A DNA stretch of 20,000 nt from an uncultured virus (IMG/VR IMGVR_UViG_2061766007_000288) (Duplodnaviria; Heunggongvirae; Uroviricota; Caudoviricetes). This document shows, piece after piece, positions 1 through 7,584 of this stretch (position 1 is the first letter of the stretch; each line of letters opens with the position of its first letter). Under the pieces are notes generated by a model. The model ran no database searches. It worked only from the letters and a program-made list of their open reading frames with translations, and was not told the origin of the DNA. The stretch lies in the IMG/VR virus record IMGVR_UViG_2061766007_000288. One strand, written 5' to 3'. The translations under genes and the position numbers were made by a program.

Positions 1-225
1 ACGGTCCTTCTTCACCGCGTCCTTCATGATCCATTTCAGTTCCCTGGCCAGTTTCTTCTTGTCGCTACCCATAAGGTATCTTGCCGCCTGCTCAAACTGA
101 CCGGAACACAGCAGCTTGCTGAAATCACCGGTAATCTGGCATTTCGGATCGCGGGTGACTAGTAGTTCGAGCACTACACCCAGCCCGAACAGTACGATTG
201 CGATAATGGTAATGTATTCGTTCAT
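1..225 (-). CDS. Hypothetical membrane-anchored protein, runs off the window
   Basis: Manual translation from ATG at 225: MNEYITIIAIVLFGLGVVLELLVTRDPK..., open to position 1. AAGGA SD upstream and an N-terminal hydrophobic helix. Absent from the ORF track because it has no stop in the window. Confidence 0.75.
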   Translation of the reverse strand, partial: MNEYITIIAIVLFGLGVVLELLVTRDPKCQITGDFSKLLCSGQFEQAARYLMGSDKKKLARELKWIMKDAVKKDR

Positions 226-235
226 ATGTTTTCCT

Positions 236-598
236 TTAATGGTGGCTTATGTCACCGGACATTGTGTTGATGTTACCCGACACGGAACCTTTAACGTCCA
301 CGTCGCCGGACATTGTTGTTACATTGTTTGCATTCCCACCCACATTGATGTCGCCGCTCGATGTCGTAAGGTTACCGGAGTTGCCGGTGACCTTGATATA
401 ACCAGAACTGGTACTGGCGGACCCGACCGTTCCATCGATGGAAATGTTGATGACCTTATCCTTGATGACCAGTTCGTTGTCACCGATGATGATTTTGTCA
501 CCGTCAATTGTGATGCTTGAACCAGGAGGGGCCTGAATTGTCCTGCCGTTTACCTGGATGCTGCTCCCGTTTACATTGCTGCAGACTATTGTTGCCAT
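236..598 (-). CDS. Small beta-solenoid repeat protein (DUF4097/adhesin-like)
   Basis: Repeated T-x-SGD-I/V-x-V-x-G units (TSSGYIKVTG, TSSGDINVGG, TMSGDVDVKG, TMSGDI). Confidence 0.7.
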   Translation of the reverse strand: MATIVCSNVNGSSIQVNGRTIQAPPGSSITIDGDKIIIGDNELVIKDKVINISIDGTVGSASTSSGYIKVTGNSGNLTTSSGDINVGGNANNVTTMSGDVDVKGSVSGNINTMSGDISHH

Positions 599-600
599 GT

Positions 601-993
601 CTATTCCTTTGTCGGCGTTCCAGCCGGCATGTGTACGATAGGTTCTTCAAAAGCGGCGATTACCACCTTGTCGAGCAGTGCGGCGAATGGAATTCCGGCC
701 CACCTGGCGTGGTTGCGTGGGTCATTGTGAGGCTCAACTCCACCGACGACCATGGTAGTCAAAAGTTCAATGTGCCAAATCCGCTCATTCGGCCACCTGA
801 TGTTATGTTCAACAGTAATGAGGATAGGGTCATTCAGTGAATTCTTGTCCTTCGGGTAGACCTTGATCTGGGAGGGGCAGTAGGAAACTTCCACCCCGTA
901 TTTCTCGTTGCCGAGGTCGATTGCCTGTTTGATTTCGTCCGAGGTGAACTTGTCCTGCACGAAATCCTTGGAAAATCCCATCAAACTGTTCAT
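601..993 (-). CDS. Hypothetical protein
   Basis: Track ORF 601..1074. Start moved to ATG 993 (MNSLMG), which forms a TAATG overlap with the upstream stop. Confidence 0.7.
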   Translation of the reverse strand: MNSLMGFSKDFVQDKFTSDEIKQAIDLGNEKYGVEVSYCPSQIKVYPKDKNSLNDPILITVEHNIRWPNERIWHIELLTTMVVGGVEPHNDPRNHARWAGIPFAALLDKVVIAAFEEPIVHMPAGTPTKE

Positions 994-1547
994 TAGATTT
1001 CCTCCGGGTGTTGGAATGTTACAATTACTTCCACATTGTGGTCGTATGTAGTCATGGAACGAGTTTCGAACCACCTGTTGTTAGTATCATCAATGAGTAT
1101 AAACTCATCGGTTTCGGTGTTATCTATCCGTGAGGGGAAACTAGATTCATCCATAGCTTGCTGCACGAAACACATCTGTTTATCCAAACCAAATCGTTTC
1201 ATTGCACCGGGGATATGCAAATCTTCAAGTTCAACTTCATCCTTTGTATTGACCCACTTGTGCTTGTACACGCACTCGATAGAATCATCCTTAGTCCACA
1301 CACGGCCACGGTTTTCCTCCGGGATTTCCAGAGCATCGAATAACCACTTGACAATGTAGTCGCGAATTTCGGACTTGGTCTTCCATCCCCAGGTAAACAA
1401 ACTTACCTTGACCGGTAATCCATGTTCATGCTCAGCAATGGTTTCTAGAGCAAATCTCGATATCCGTTTGCACTGTTCTTCCAGTAGCGTACAGCTATAC
1501 AGGTCATCAATGAGCGTATTTTCGATGTCGATGAAGATTTCTGTCAT
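993..1547 (-). CDS. HAD-superfamily-like protein (putative phosphatase, variant motif I)
   Basis: N-terminal IFIDIENTL resembles hhhDxDxT with E as the second acid; LFTWG resembles motif II; FILIDDT resembles motif IV. Confidence 0.55.
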   Translation of the reverse strand: MTEIFIDIENTLIDDLYSCTLLEEQCKRISRFALETIAEHEHGLPVKVSLFTWGWKTKSEIRDYIVKWLFDALEIPEENRGRVWTKDDSIECVYKHKWVNTKDEVELEDLHIPGAMKRFGLDKQMCFVQQAMDESSFPSRIDNTETDEFILIDDTNNRWFETRSMTTYDHNVEVIVTFQHPEEI

Positions 1548-1582
1548 GCTCCAAATATAGCAAATGCCGGCAGGGCTGGCAA
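1548..1582 (-). promoter_or_regulatory. Promoter copy 1, predicted leaderless
   Basis: Minus strand: TTGCCA(1582-1577)-17 nt-TATATT(1559-1554)-6 nt-ATG(1547). Confidence 0.8.
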
Positions 1583-1599
1583 CTATTCATGAGAATCTA

Positions 1600-1914
1600 C
1601 TAGGGTAGAAATTGACGGTACCACCAGCAAATCATCCTGTTAATGATCGGCAGGCTCAACACTGCAACCAATACAAAGCATAAAAATCCTAGTGCTATGC
1701 AGAAACACCCACCTATCGAACACCGAACTATGACAACAAACGGGCATGTCATTGCAAACAGCCATACCCCAGTTATCAGGAGAATGACAATCATTGGGCA
1801 TATCATTTCCCTCCATACTTCCCGCAGCATCTTCCGGTTCCATCCAAGACACATATCTCGGTAGAATTCGGAAAGGTGGTCAATAATCTCATGTGTGTAT
1901 GCTTTGGGTGTCAT
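1600..1914 (-). CDS. Hypothetical membrane protein (about 2 TM helices)
   Basis: Two long hydrophobic stretches (MICPMIVILLITGVWLFAM; GGCFCIALGFLCFVLVAVLSL); fits operon packing. Confidence 0.7.
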   Translation of the reverse strand: MTPKAYTHEIIDHLSEFYRDMCLGWNRKMLREVWREMICPMIVILLITGVWLFAMTCPFVVIVRCSIGGCFCIALGFLCFVLVAVLSLPIINRMICWWYRQFLP

Positions 1915-1920
1915 ATCTTC

Positions 1921-2280
1921 CTACATGTGAGGTACATTACCTGATGGCTTTCCGGTCAGGTATCCATTGATACGACATAGGCATTGTTCAGTCCTCCACC
2001 TATCAATGTACTTATTCATCTGTTCCGTCATCGGGATGGGATGCAAGATGTCATCCCCGTACCATCTTCCAAGCAATCGGGCCTGCAGGCACAAGGCAAT
2101 CCCACGTTCCCATTCCTCCTCGGTAACATTCCACCCCTCGGGCGGCTTGTTCGGGAGCCAGAATATAGGCTCGGGGATGGACTCGTCATCCAGGTTCCTC
2201 GCCAGTCGATAACTTCTCATCTTTCTGCGCACACTGACTATCAAGTGTGGAAGCGGAATATCGGGAAATCGCTTGTGCAT
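1921..2280 (-). CDS. Hypothetical protein
   Basis: 119-aa ORF starting 1 nt after the upstream stop, with GGAGG SD just upstream. Confidence 0.7.
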   Translation of the reverse strand: MHKRFPDIPLPHLIVSVRRKMRSYRLARNLDDESIPEPIFWLPNKPPEGWNVTEEEWERGIALCLQARLLGRWYGDDILHPIPMTEQMNKYIDRWRTEQCLCRINGYLTGKPSGNVPHM

Positions 2281-2281
2281 A

Positions 2282-3361
2282 CTACCTCCCGATTGCCTTC
2301 ACGTAATCTTCGAGGATTTGGTTGTGGTGGAATGCCAGACGTGTCCTACGGGCCACGCTCAACGGGAACCATGCAGCTTCCGCGGCATCGTCGTCACCCT
2401 TGACCGGACCAAAGGTACCACGCACATACACGCCCACGTCATACGCCCAGTGGCCAGGCACGCTCTCACGCGGATCTTCCGGGATGTACACCTTCAACTG
2501 GTGGACCTGATTGGGGTAGACGACAAGGCCAGTTTCCTCATTGAGTTCTCGGCATCCGCAATCCTCGATAGGCTCATGCGGGTTGGTAAAGCCACCGGGA
2601 AGGGCCCAGTACCCGGCAAAGGGCCAACGCTTGCGACGCACCAGGAGCACCTGGTCCTCGCGACCGATGGCCGGCTCACCGATACCATTGATGACCACGG
2701 AGGTAACCGTGACCGAAGGCTTCGGGTAGTCGCCGGGCTTGTAGTTGGCAAGTTCCCGGTGTTCATCGGCCCAATGGTTCACCGGATTGTCCTGATGGTA
2801 CAGGCCATGCCGGAAGATGTACCCGAGAACTTGCGGAGAAACAGCCGTGCCCTCGTACATGGGGTTCATGAACATGTCACTACGGACAGCGGTGGACGAC
2901 ACGTCGGGCACATTCACGAAGATGGGCTTGATGTCGCCACGGTCGCCGAGTTCCGTATGGAAGTTGAAGTTGCGCCCACGGTTGAACACGCGGATGCTGT
3001 ACTTGCCGATAAGTTTCTCTGAATCCTTCCACTTGCCGGCAAGCAGGGCTTCGAGCTCGTCCATGCCGATAATGAGGTCAATGCCTGGGTCCTTCTTCTC
3101 GGACCCGGTGACATAGTTCCCATAGACCGTTTCGAGCAGATCGAACGTACGGACCGACTGCTTGTGGATATTGAGTTTCGGGAAACAGGTAATCAGCATG
3201 TCGTATCGGTCCTGGAACGAGGCACTGTACTGCTTCTCGTCATTCTCGGTCAGATAGACATGCACTTCCGGGTAGTTTTCCAGTAGATACTCGATGATGG
3301 CCTCGTGGCCGACGGTAAGCGGGTCAAATGCACCGCCATAGACTGCGATTCTCTTTTCCAT
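2282..3361 (-). CDS. Bifunctional NadD-like (nicotinate/nicotinamide nucleotide) adenylyltransferase - Nudix (ADP-ribose pyrophosphatase-like) fusion
   Basis: YGGAFDPLTVGH ((T/H)xGH motif), LIIGMD..WK, VSSTAVR and HGLY match the NadD fold. C-terminal Nudix box GGFTNPHEPIEDCGCRELNEETGL and LAFHH. Start set at 3361 after the AAGGA SD. Confidence 0.88.
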   Translation of the reverse strand: MEKRIAVYGGAFDPLTVGHEAIIEYLLENYPEVHVYLTENDEKQYSASFQDRYDMLITCFPKLNIHKQSVRTFDLLETVYGNYVTGSEKKDPGIDLIIGMDELEALLAGKWKDSEKLIGKYSIRVFNRGRNFNFHTELGDRGDIKPIFVNVPDVSSTAVRSDMFMNPMYEGTAVSPQVLGYIFRHGLYHQDNPVNHWADEHRELANYKPGDYPKPSVTVTSVVINGIGEPAIGREDQVLLVRRKRWPFAGYWALPGGFTNPHEPIEDCGCRELNEETGLVVYPNQVHQLKVYIPEDPRESVPGHWAYDVGVYVRGTFGPVKGDDDAAEAAWFPLSVARRTRLAFHHNQILEDYVKAIGR

Positions 3362-3683
3362 ATTTACCATTCCTTAATTCCGATAGGCAACGGCTCATCG
3401 AATGCAATGTAGTAGGTACCTATGGTTCTCGGTTCAATTTGGTGTTCCTGCTCAATGGCTTTCTTGATGAAGCCGGCGGCATGTTCCATTGAATCGAAAA
3501 CCACGTCCATCAATAGGTTCGTATATAATTCAATGTTGCCGTTTTTAGTGTCGGCTTGCTTCATAGTATAATTGTGCCAAATGGACATGCCGCTCGACCA
3601 CTGGGGAATCCACCCTTCAGCATTTTCTTTAACTCGATGTATCTTATCTATATATAGTTCCATATTTACCATTCCTTAATTCC
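3356..3683. repeat. Exact 26-bp direct repeat, copies at 3356-3381 and 3658-3683
   Basis: Both copies read GGAATTAAGGAATGGTAAATATGGAA on the minus strand: last codons, stop, SD and next ATG. Confidence 0.95.
3364..3663 (-). CDS. Hypothetical protein, paralog of 3666..3947
   Basis: Shared pattern Y.DK.HR.K....W.PQW......W..YT...ADT..G.IELY.....DV.F...Y..FD..LP.GIKEW. Confidence 0.8.
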   Translation of the reverse strand: MELYIDKIHRVKENAEGWIPQWSSGMSIWHNYTMKQADTKNGNIELYTNLLMDVVFDSMEHAAGFIKKAIEQEHQIEPRTIGTYYIAFDEPLPIGIKEW

Positions 3684-3947
3684 AAATGGGAGGCAATCGT
3701 CGAATTTGACATAGAATTTTCCATCGTACCCCTGGGTCAGGGCCTTCTCCATGAACCGGGTCGCTTGCAGTTCCGTATGGAACATGACATCGCGCCAGCT
3801 CTCGGAATACAGTTCAATGGAACCCATGGCTGTATCGGCTACCATCAGCGTGTAGCGGCTCCAACGGAGGAAACCACGCTTCCACTGCGGCACCCACCAC
3901 CCGTCAATCTTCTTGATACGGTGAGTCTTGTCGAAATAGACGGTCAT
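3666..3947 (-). CDS. Hypothetical protein, paralog of 3364..3663
   Basis: Same conserved pattern; ATGA overlap with the upstream gene. Confidence 0.8.
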   Translation of the reverse strand: MTVYFDKTHRIKKIDGWWVPQWKRGFLRWSRYTLMVADTAMGSIELYSESWRDVMFHTELQATRFMEKALTQGYDGKFYVKFDDCLPFGIKEW

Positions 3948-4213
3948 TTCTTCTTTGCCTTCTTTTCAGCCTTCTTGTCCGCATTGTTCACGATAATGGG
4001 AAGTCTTCCCCACATCGCAGTAAACGGATCCGGCTTCGGTGTCGGTCGTTTGAACTCGATACCCTCCATGATGGGAGTGACGTCGCAACTACGTTCACAG
4101 AGCCACTTCTTTCCCAGTTTTTCCAGGCTCGTATCCTTTTCGATACGGTATCCGGCCACCATGTTCCCATTGGTCCACATGACCATGTAGTAGTAAATCT
4201 TATGCGGTTTCAT
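3944..4213 (-). CDS. Hypothetical basic protein
   Basis: 89-aa ORF with a Lys-rich tail, overlapping both neighbours; AAGGA SD upstream. Confidence 0.7.
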   Translation of the reverse strand: MKPHKIYYYMVMWTNGNMVAGYRIEKDTSLEKLGKKWLCERSCDVTPIMEGIEFKRPTPKPDPFTAMWGRLPIIVNNADKKAEKKAKKK

Positions 4214-5021
4214 TGTCTGTGTCCTTCTTTAAGTCATCGACCCACCGGTCGCACTTTTCGCGCCAGTTGGTAATTGTCTGTCTGAATGCCTTGTCACCAA
4301 GCACGCCGTTGATAATGTGCTGACGGTCGGTGATGTTCCCATTGACCTGCAGTTTCAGGCCGAACTCCACTGCCGCACGGGTGAAATTCAGCGGGACATC
4401 CGCCTCGTAGAAGTCGTTCTCGTTGGCAATGGGCGCCGGGGCGCACTGGCCGAGCCACCGCGACACCTTGGGCGAAAGCAGCACTTCCCTCATGAAGTCA
4501 TGCACAGGTTTTCCATCTTCGCCGATAGTTGCCTTGGAGTCGGCATCGGCCAATGTATGGAGCCTCGGGAACCACTGGTGGGTCACAATCTGCATGATGC
4601 GGAACCTGGACTTCATCTGGCCGAGAACCAGTGCGTTCATGTGGTTCTCGATTACCCAGTGAAGCGGCACGATATTGGGGATGACACCGCCAACCTCGTT
4701 GCGGATCCATTCATTGAGTACATCCAGGCTGTAAAGTTCATGACCGGCCATATTCTTGCCCTCGTTCTTGTCGAGCGCACGCTTCTTGCCGGCATCGTGG
4801 AACAGCGCAATCATCACGTCCACCCAGTCATGCCCCGGTCGGAGATTATTGATTACAAGGGCCGTATGGTCCCAAACGTCGCCCTCGCAGTGTACCTTCG
4901 GATGGGCGACACCCATCATTTCCTTTTCGATGAACGGGAAGAAATCCCGGTTTTCGAGGATTGTAGAAACCGGGTCTTCCGAGTTGAAAATGTCGATTGC
5001 CTTGTTGATTTTAGGATTCAT
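4200..5021 (-). CDS. HD-domain phosphohydrolase resembling the C-terminal half of HD-containing class II CCA enzymes
   Basis: FFPFIEKEMMGVAHPKVHCEGDVWDHT, ALFHDAGK, GHE, ENHM, ADAD. Start set at 5021 (MNPKIN) from promoter geometry. Confidence 0.82.
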   Translation of the reverse strand: MNPKINKAIDIFNSEDPVSTILENRDFFPFIEKEMMGVAHPKVHCEGDVWDHTALVINNLRPGHDWVDVMIALFHDAGKKRALDKNEGKNMAGHELYSLDVLNEWIRNEVGGVIPNIVPLHWVIENHMNALVLGQMKSRFRIMQIVTHQWFPRLHTLADADSKATIGEDGKPVHDFMREVLLSPKVSRWLGQCAPAPIANENDFYEADVPLNFTRAAVEFGLKLQVNGNITDRQHIINGVLGDKAFRQTITNWREKCDRWVDDLKKDTDNETA

Positions 5022-5056
5022 ACCCAAAATGTAGCAAAATGGACAGAAGGTGGCAA
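5022..5056 (-). promoter_or_regulatory. Promoter copy 2, predicted leaderless
   Basis: TTGCCA(5056-5051)-17 nt-TACATT(5033-5028)-6 nt-ATG(5021). Confidence 0.8.
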
Positions 5057-6235
5057 CTAGTCCTTCACCAGGAACAAAAACCTTCTGCGAGAGTTTGTAA
5101 ACTTGTTGCATTGTATGTAGTCCTCATCGGTAATGTACTGTCCATCACCGACCATACGTCTCTCTTCTTGCCGCTCAGATTCAGTGTGCATTATGAGCCG
5201 GTCGCCAACAAGATCAACCCTTGCCGACCTAAACCAATGAATCTGCGTTTTCACGTTCCCATCAGCGTCAAGCAAGTCCGTAATACATACTTCCTGCGAC
5301 ACAAAGGGGGCCACATTACCAAAAGTTGACTTTCGGATAGTCCCGTTTTCTGGACCAGCAAGCGCCAATGAACCAAATCCCAACAAGTCCCGCATGATAT
5401 CCGGTGCACTCTTTCCGGTTTCCCGGATTTCATCATCCTCATTCTCATTACTGCGAACTATGTCACACCTTCCCTGGTCAGTCGTAATATACAGAGATGG
5501 ATATGAGTCACCCTTATTTAATTGTCGCGGTATCCTGACGCCGCACATTGCAAACGCACGACCATTCGACCAGGAATTAGAGTACATTTTGCCGCAATCC
5601 ACGGCACCGCTTCGAATTACCTTTCCGCCCAACGCCGAATACAGGCGATACAGGTCATCAAGGGTTGGCAAATGCCAGCCGTCCGGTATGGCCTCCTTGA
5701 TGTCCGCATGCGAATACAATATGCCATGCGAACCATCTTCGGCCGACACGCTGACAGTAAGGGACGGTTCAAGAGCACGTATAATCGCTTCCGTCTCTGG
5801 AGTCAACGCATCCGCCTTGTATCGATATGTGATAAGTTCCCTTGCCTTACCGAATCGTGAATAATTATGCGAATGCGGCATGTTGGAATGTGTCAACAAC
5901 ACAAGCGAAGATCGTCCGTACGTAGCGGAGTTACCCACCTGGTCGGATAACCTAAACTCCCCGATACCCCGACCATTGCTATATTCATTGGCAAGCATAT
6001 CGGTAACGACGGCCACACTCGAGTCGTCATGTGGGAGGTTCGCTTTCTTCAAGGCGTCACGCACAGTTTGCTCACGTTCATTGCGCAACTGTTCCACGTA
6101 GTTATCACCTTGGCCAAAATCAAGATATGGCGTCAAGTCCTCCAGTATTGAGCCATCGATAATGGTGTCACCAATCTTGACCCCCTCAAGAAACACGTTA
6201 TATATCGGATCATACACATCTATGTTGCCATCCAT
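5057..6235 (-). CDS. Hypothetical protein with the central FISUMP (Fib_succ_major)-like motif; possibly the 3' half of one gene with 6245..7576
   Basis: HGILYSHADIKEAIPDGWHLPTLDDLYRL resembles FISUMP YGxLY...CPxGWHLP; no clear SD before ATG 6235. Confidence 0.65.
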   Translation of the reverse strand: MDGNIDVYDPIYNVFLEGVKIGDTIIDGSILEDLTPYLDFGQGDNYVEQLRNEREQTVRDALKKANLPHDDSSVAVVTDMLANEYSNGRGIGEFRLSDQVGNSATYGRSSLVLLTHSNMPHSHNYSRFGKARELITYRYKADALTPETEAIIRALEPSLTVSVSAEDGSHGILYSHADIKEAIPDGWHLPTLDDLYRLYSALGGKVIRSGAVDCGKMYSNSWSNGRAFAMCGVRIPRQLNKGDSYPSLYITTDQGRCDIVRSNENEDDEIRETGKSAPDIMRDLLGFGSLALAGPENGTIRKSTFGNVAPFVSQEVCITDLLDADGNVKTQIHWFRSARVDLVGDRLIMHTESERQEERRMVGDGQYITDEDYIQCNKFTNSRRRFLFLVKD

Positions 6236-6244
6236 GCTGACAAA

Positions 6245-7576
6245 TCATCGCGTGGAAGTCTTTACCACATAGCTATTCGGCACATTATGGTGAACATACA
6301 CCGAGACATTAACCCGTGCATTGCATTCCTGTATTACGTCATTTGCTGTTTCGTCATCGGCAGGATGGCGCCAGTCAATCGAGCATGTAAGCCCGTCTTC
6401 GGTGCGCGTGACACACAGGATCGGGAGAAACACCTTGATTTCCGGACGTACGGGGCATAATGTGGTTTCCAGAGTTTCCAGGTTTCCCGGAATTTCAGGA
6501 ATTTTCGTTGGCGAGTACCTGAGGGGTTCGGCCATCCACGTCCTGCCTCCAATCGTCTCTGTACGGTAGGTATTGCCGTCCCTCTTGTCGGTAAATGTCC
6601 CGGAACGGCGAATGCGGTTCTTGCCAAGGCATATACTCTTCGTAATCACCTTCCTATCAGCAATCACCTTGGCATTATTCGCAAGTCGCTCCTCTCGCAT
6701 GCGGACCGCCAGCTCATGATATGTATCGTGTCCATAGGGCGGGCATAATTCAAAGAACGGCCCACCCAGCAAGTCCGAAAGTTCAACCTCGTCGTACTTG
6801 TTGTCACCCTTGCGGACATCCAAATTGTCATGGGCATGGTTCCACCGGTTATTCACATGGACGAGACGACCGCCGGGTCCGATGTCGATACCCAGCATGG
6901 ATTCGCCATACAGTTCATCGGTTTCGGTCAAATTCTCGAACCCCGGAAGAACAGCCAGGTAAAGTTTCACCGGCAGCGTCTTATCCCCGGCATTGGCCAT
7001 CCGGTAATGGTCAAACATGCTCTGCGAATTGAGGTGACACCATACATGCGGCTTAGTGTATTCGGCATATTCTTTCGTCGTTTCAAAGTCATCAAGCGGG
7101 ATTATCTTATAACGTCTCTGCCCATACTTCCGCCTACGGAGCATGCGTTTCATCGCGCTCCAATGCTTGGCTATCCTCTGGCCATATATTTCATCCAGTT
7201 CCTTGAATGAGGGACGCCGGCCGTCCATACCGAGATAACGGTCATACTCACGCGAATGGGCAATGGAAATAATGCGGATTATGTCATGAAGACGGCCAAT
7301 CGGCCCAGGTTCTTCATCACCCGTACCAAGCGACAATTCACCAAACGCAAGTCTTGCAGCGCCCGGCGCAAAACGTATCTTGCACTGTCCGTCCCTGAAA
7401 AAGTGGGCACGGACATCCTGGTATGCTGCACGGGTCCAGGAAGAAATCCCCCTTGTCTGGGCGACTTCCTCATAGATAGCCTGGAGACGCCCCCTGTTTG
7501 GGAGGGCCATCAGGACCTTCTTGGTGTAGCGGTAGGCATCGCCTTCTGAGCCATTTGCAGTTTCGCTCGGTAGCAT
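6245..7576 (-). CDS. Hypothetical phage protein with the N-terminal FISUMP-like motif near its C-terminus
   Basis: GTFTDKRDGNTYRTETIGGRTWMAEPLRY resembles FISUMP FTDxRDGxxYxTVxIGxQxWMAENL. The upstream region carries WC...YGESM...RWNH motifs of unknown function. GAGG SD. Confidence 0.7.
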   Translation of the reverse strand: MLPSETANGSEGDAYRYTKKVLMALPNRGRLQAIYEEVAQTRGISSWTRAAYQDVRAHFFRDGQCKIRFAPGAARLAFGELSLGTGDEEPGPIGRLHDIIRIISIAHSREYDRYLGMDGRRPSFKELDEIYGQRIAKHWSAMKRMLRRRKYGQRRYKIIPLDDFETTKEYAEYTKPHVWCHLNSQSMFDHYRMANAGDKTLPVKLYLAVLPGFENLTETDELYGESMLGIDIGPGGRLVHVNNRWNHAHDNLDVRKGDNKYDEVELSDLLGGPFFELCPPYGHDTYHELAVRMREERLANNAKVIADRKVITKSICLGKNRIRRSGTFTDKRDGNTYRTETIGGRTWMAEPLRYSPTKIPEIPGNLETLETTLCPVRPEIKVFLPILCVTRTEDGLTCSIDWRHPADDETANDVIQECNARVNVSVYVHHNVPNSYVVKTSTR

Positions 7577-7584
7577 CGTTCTTG

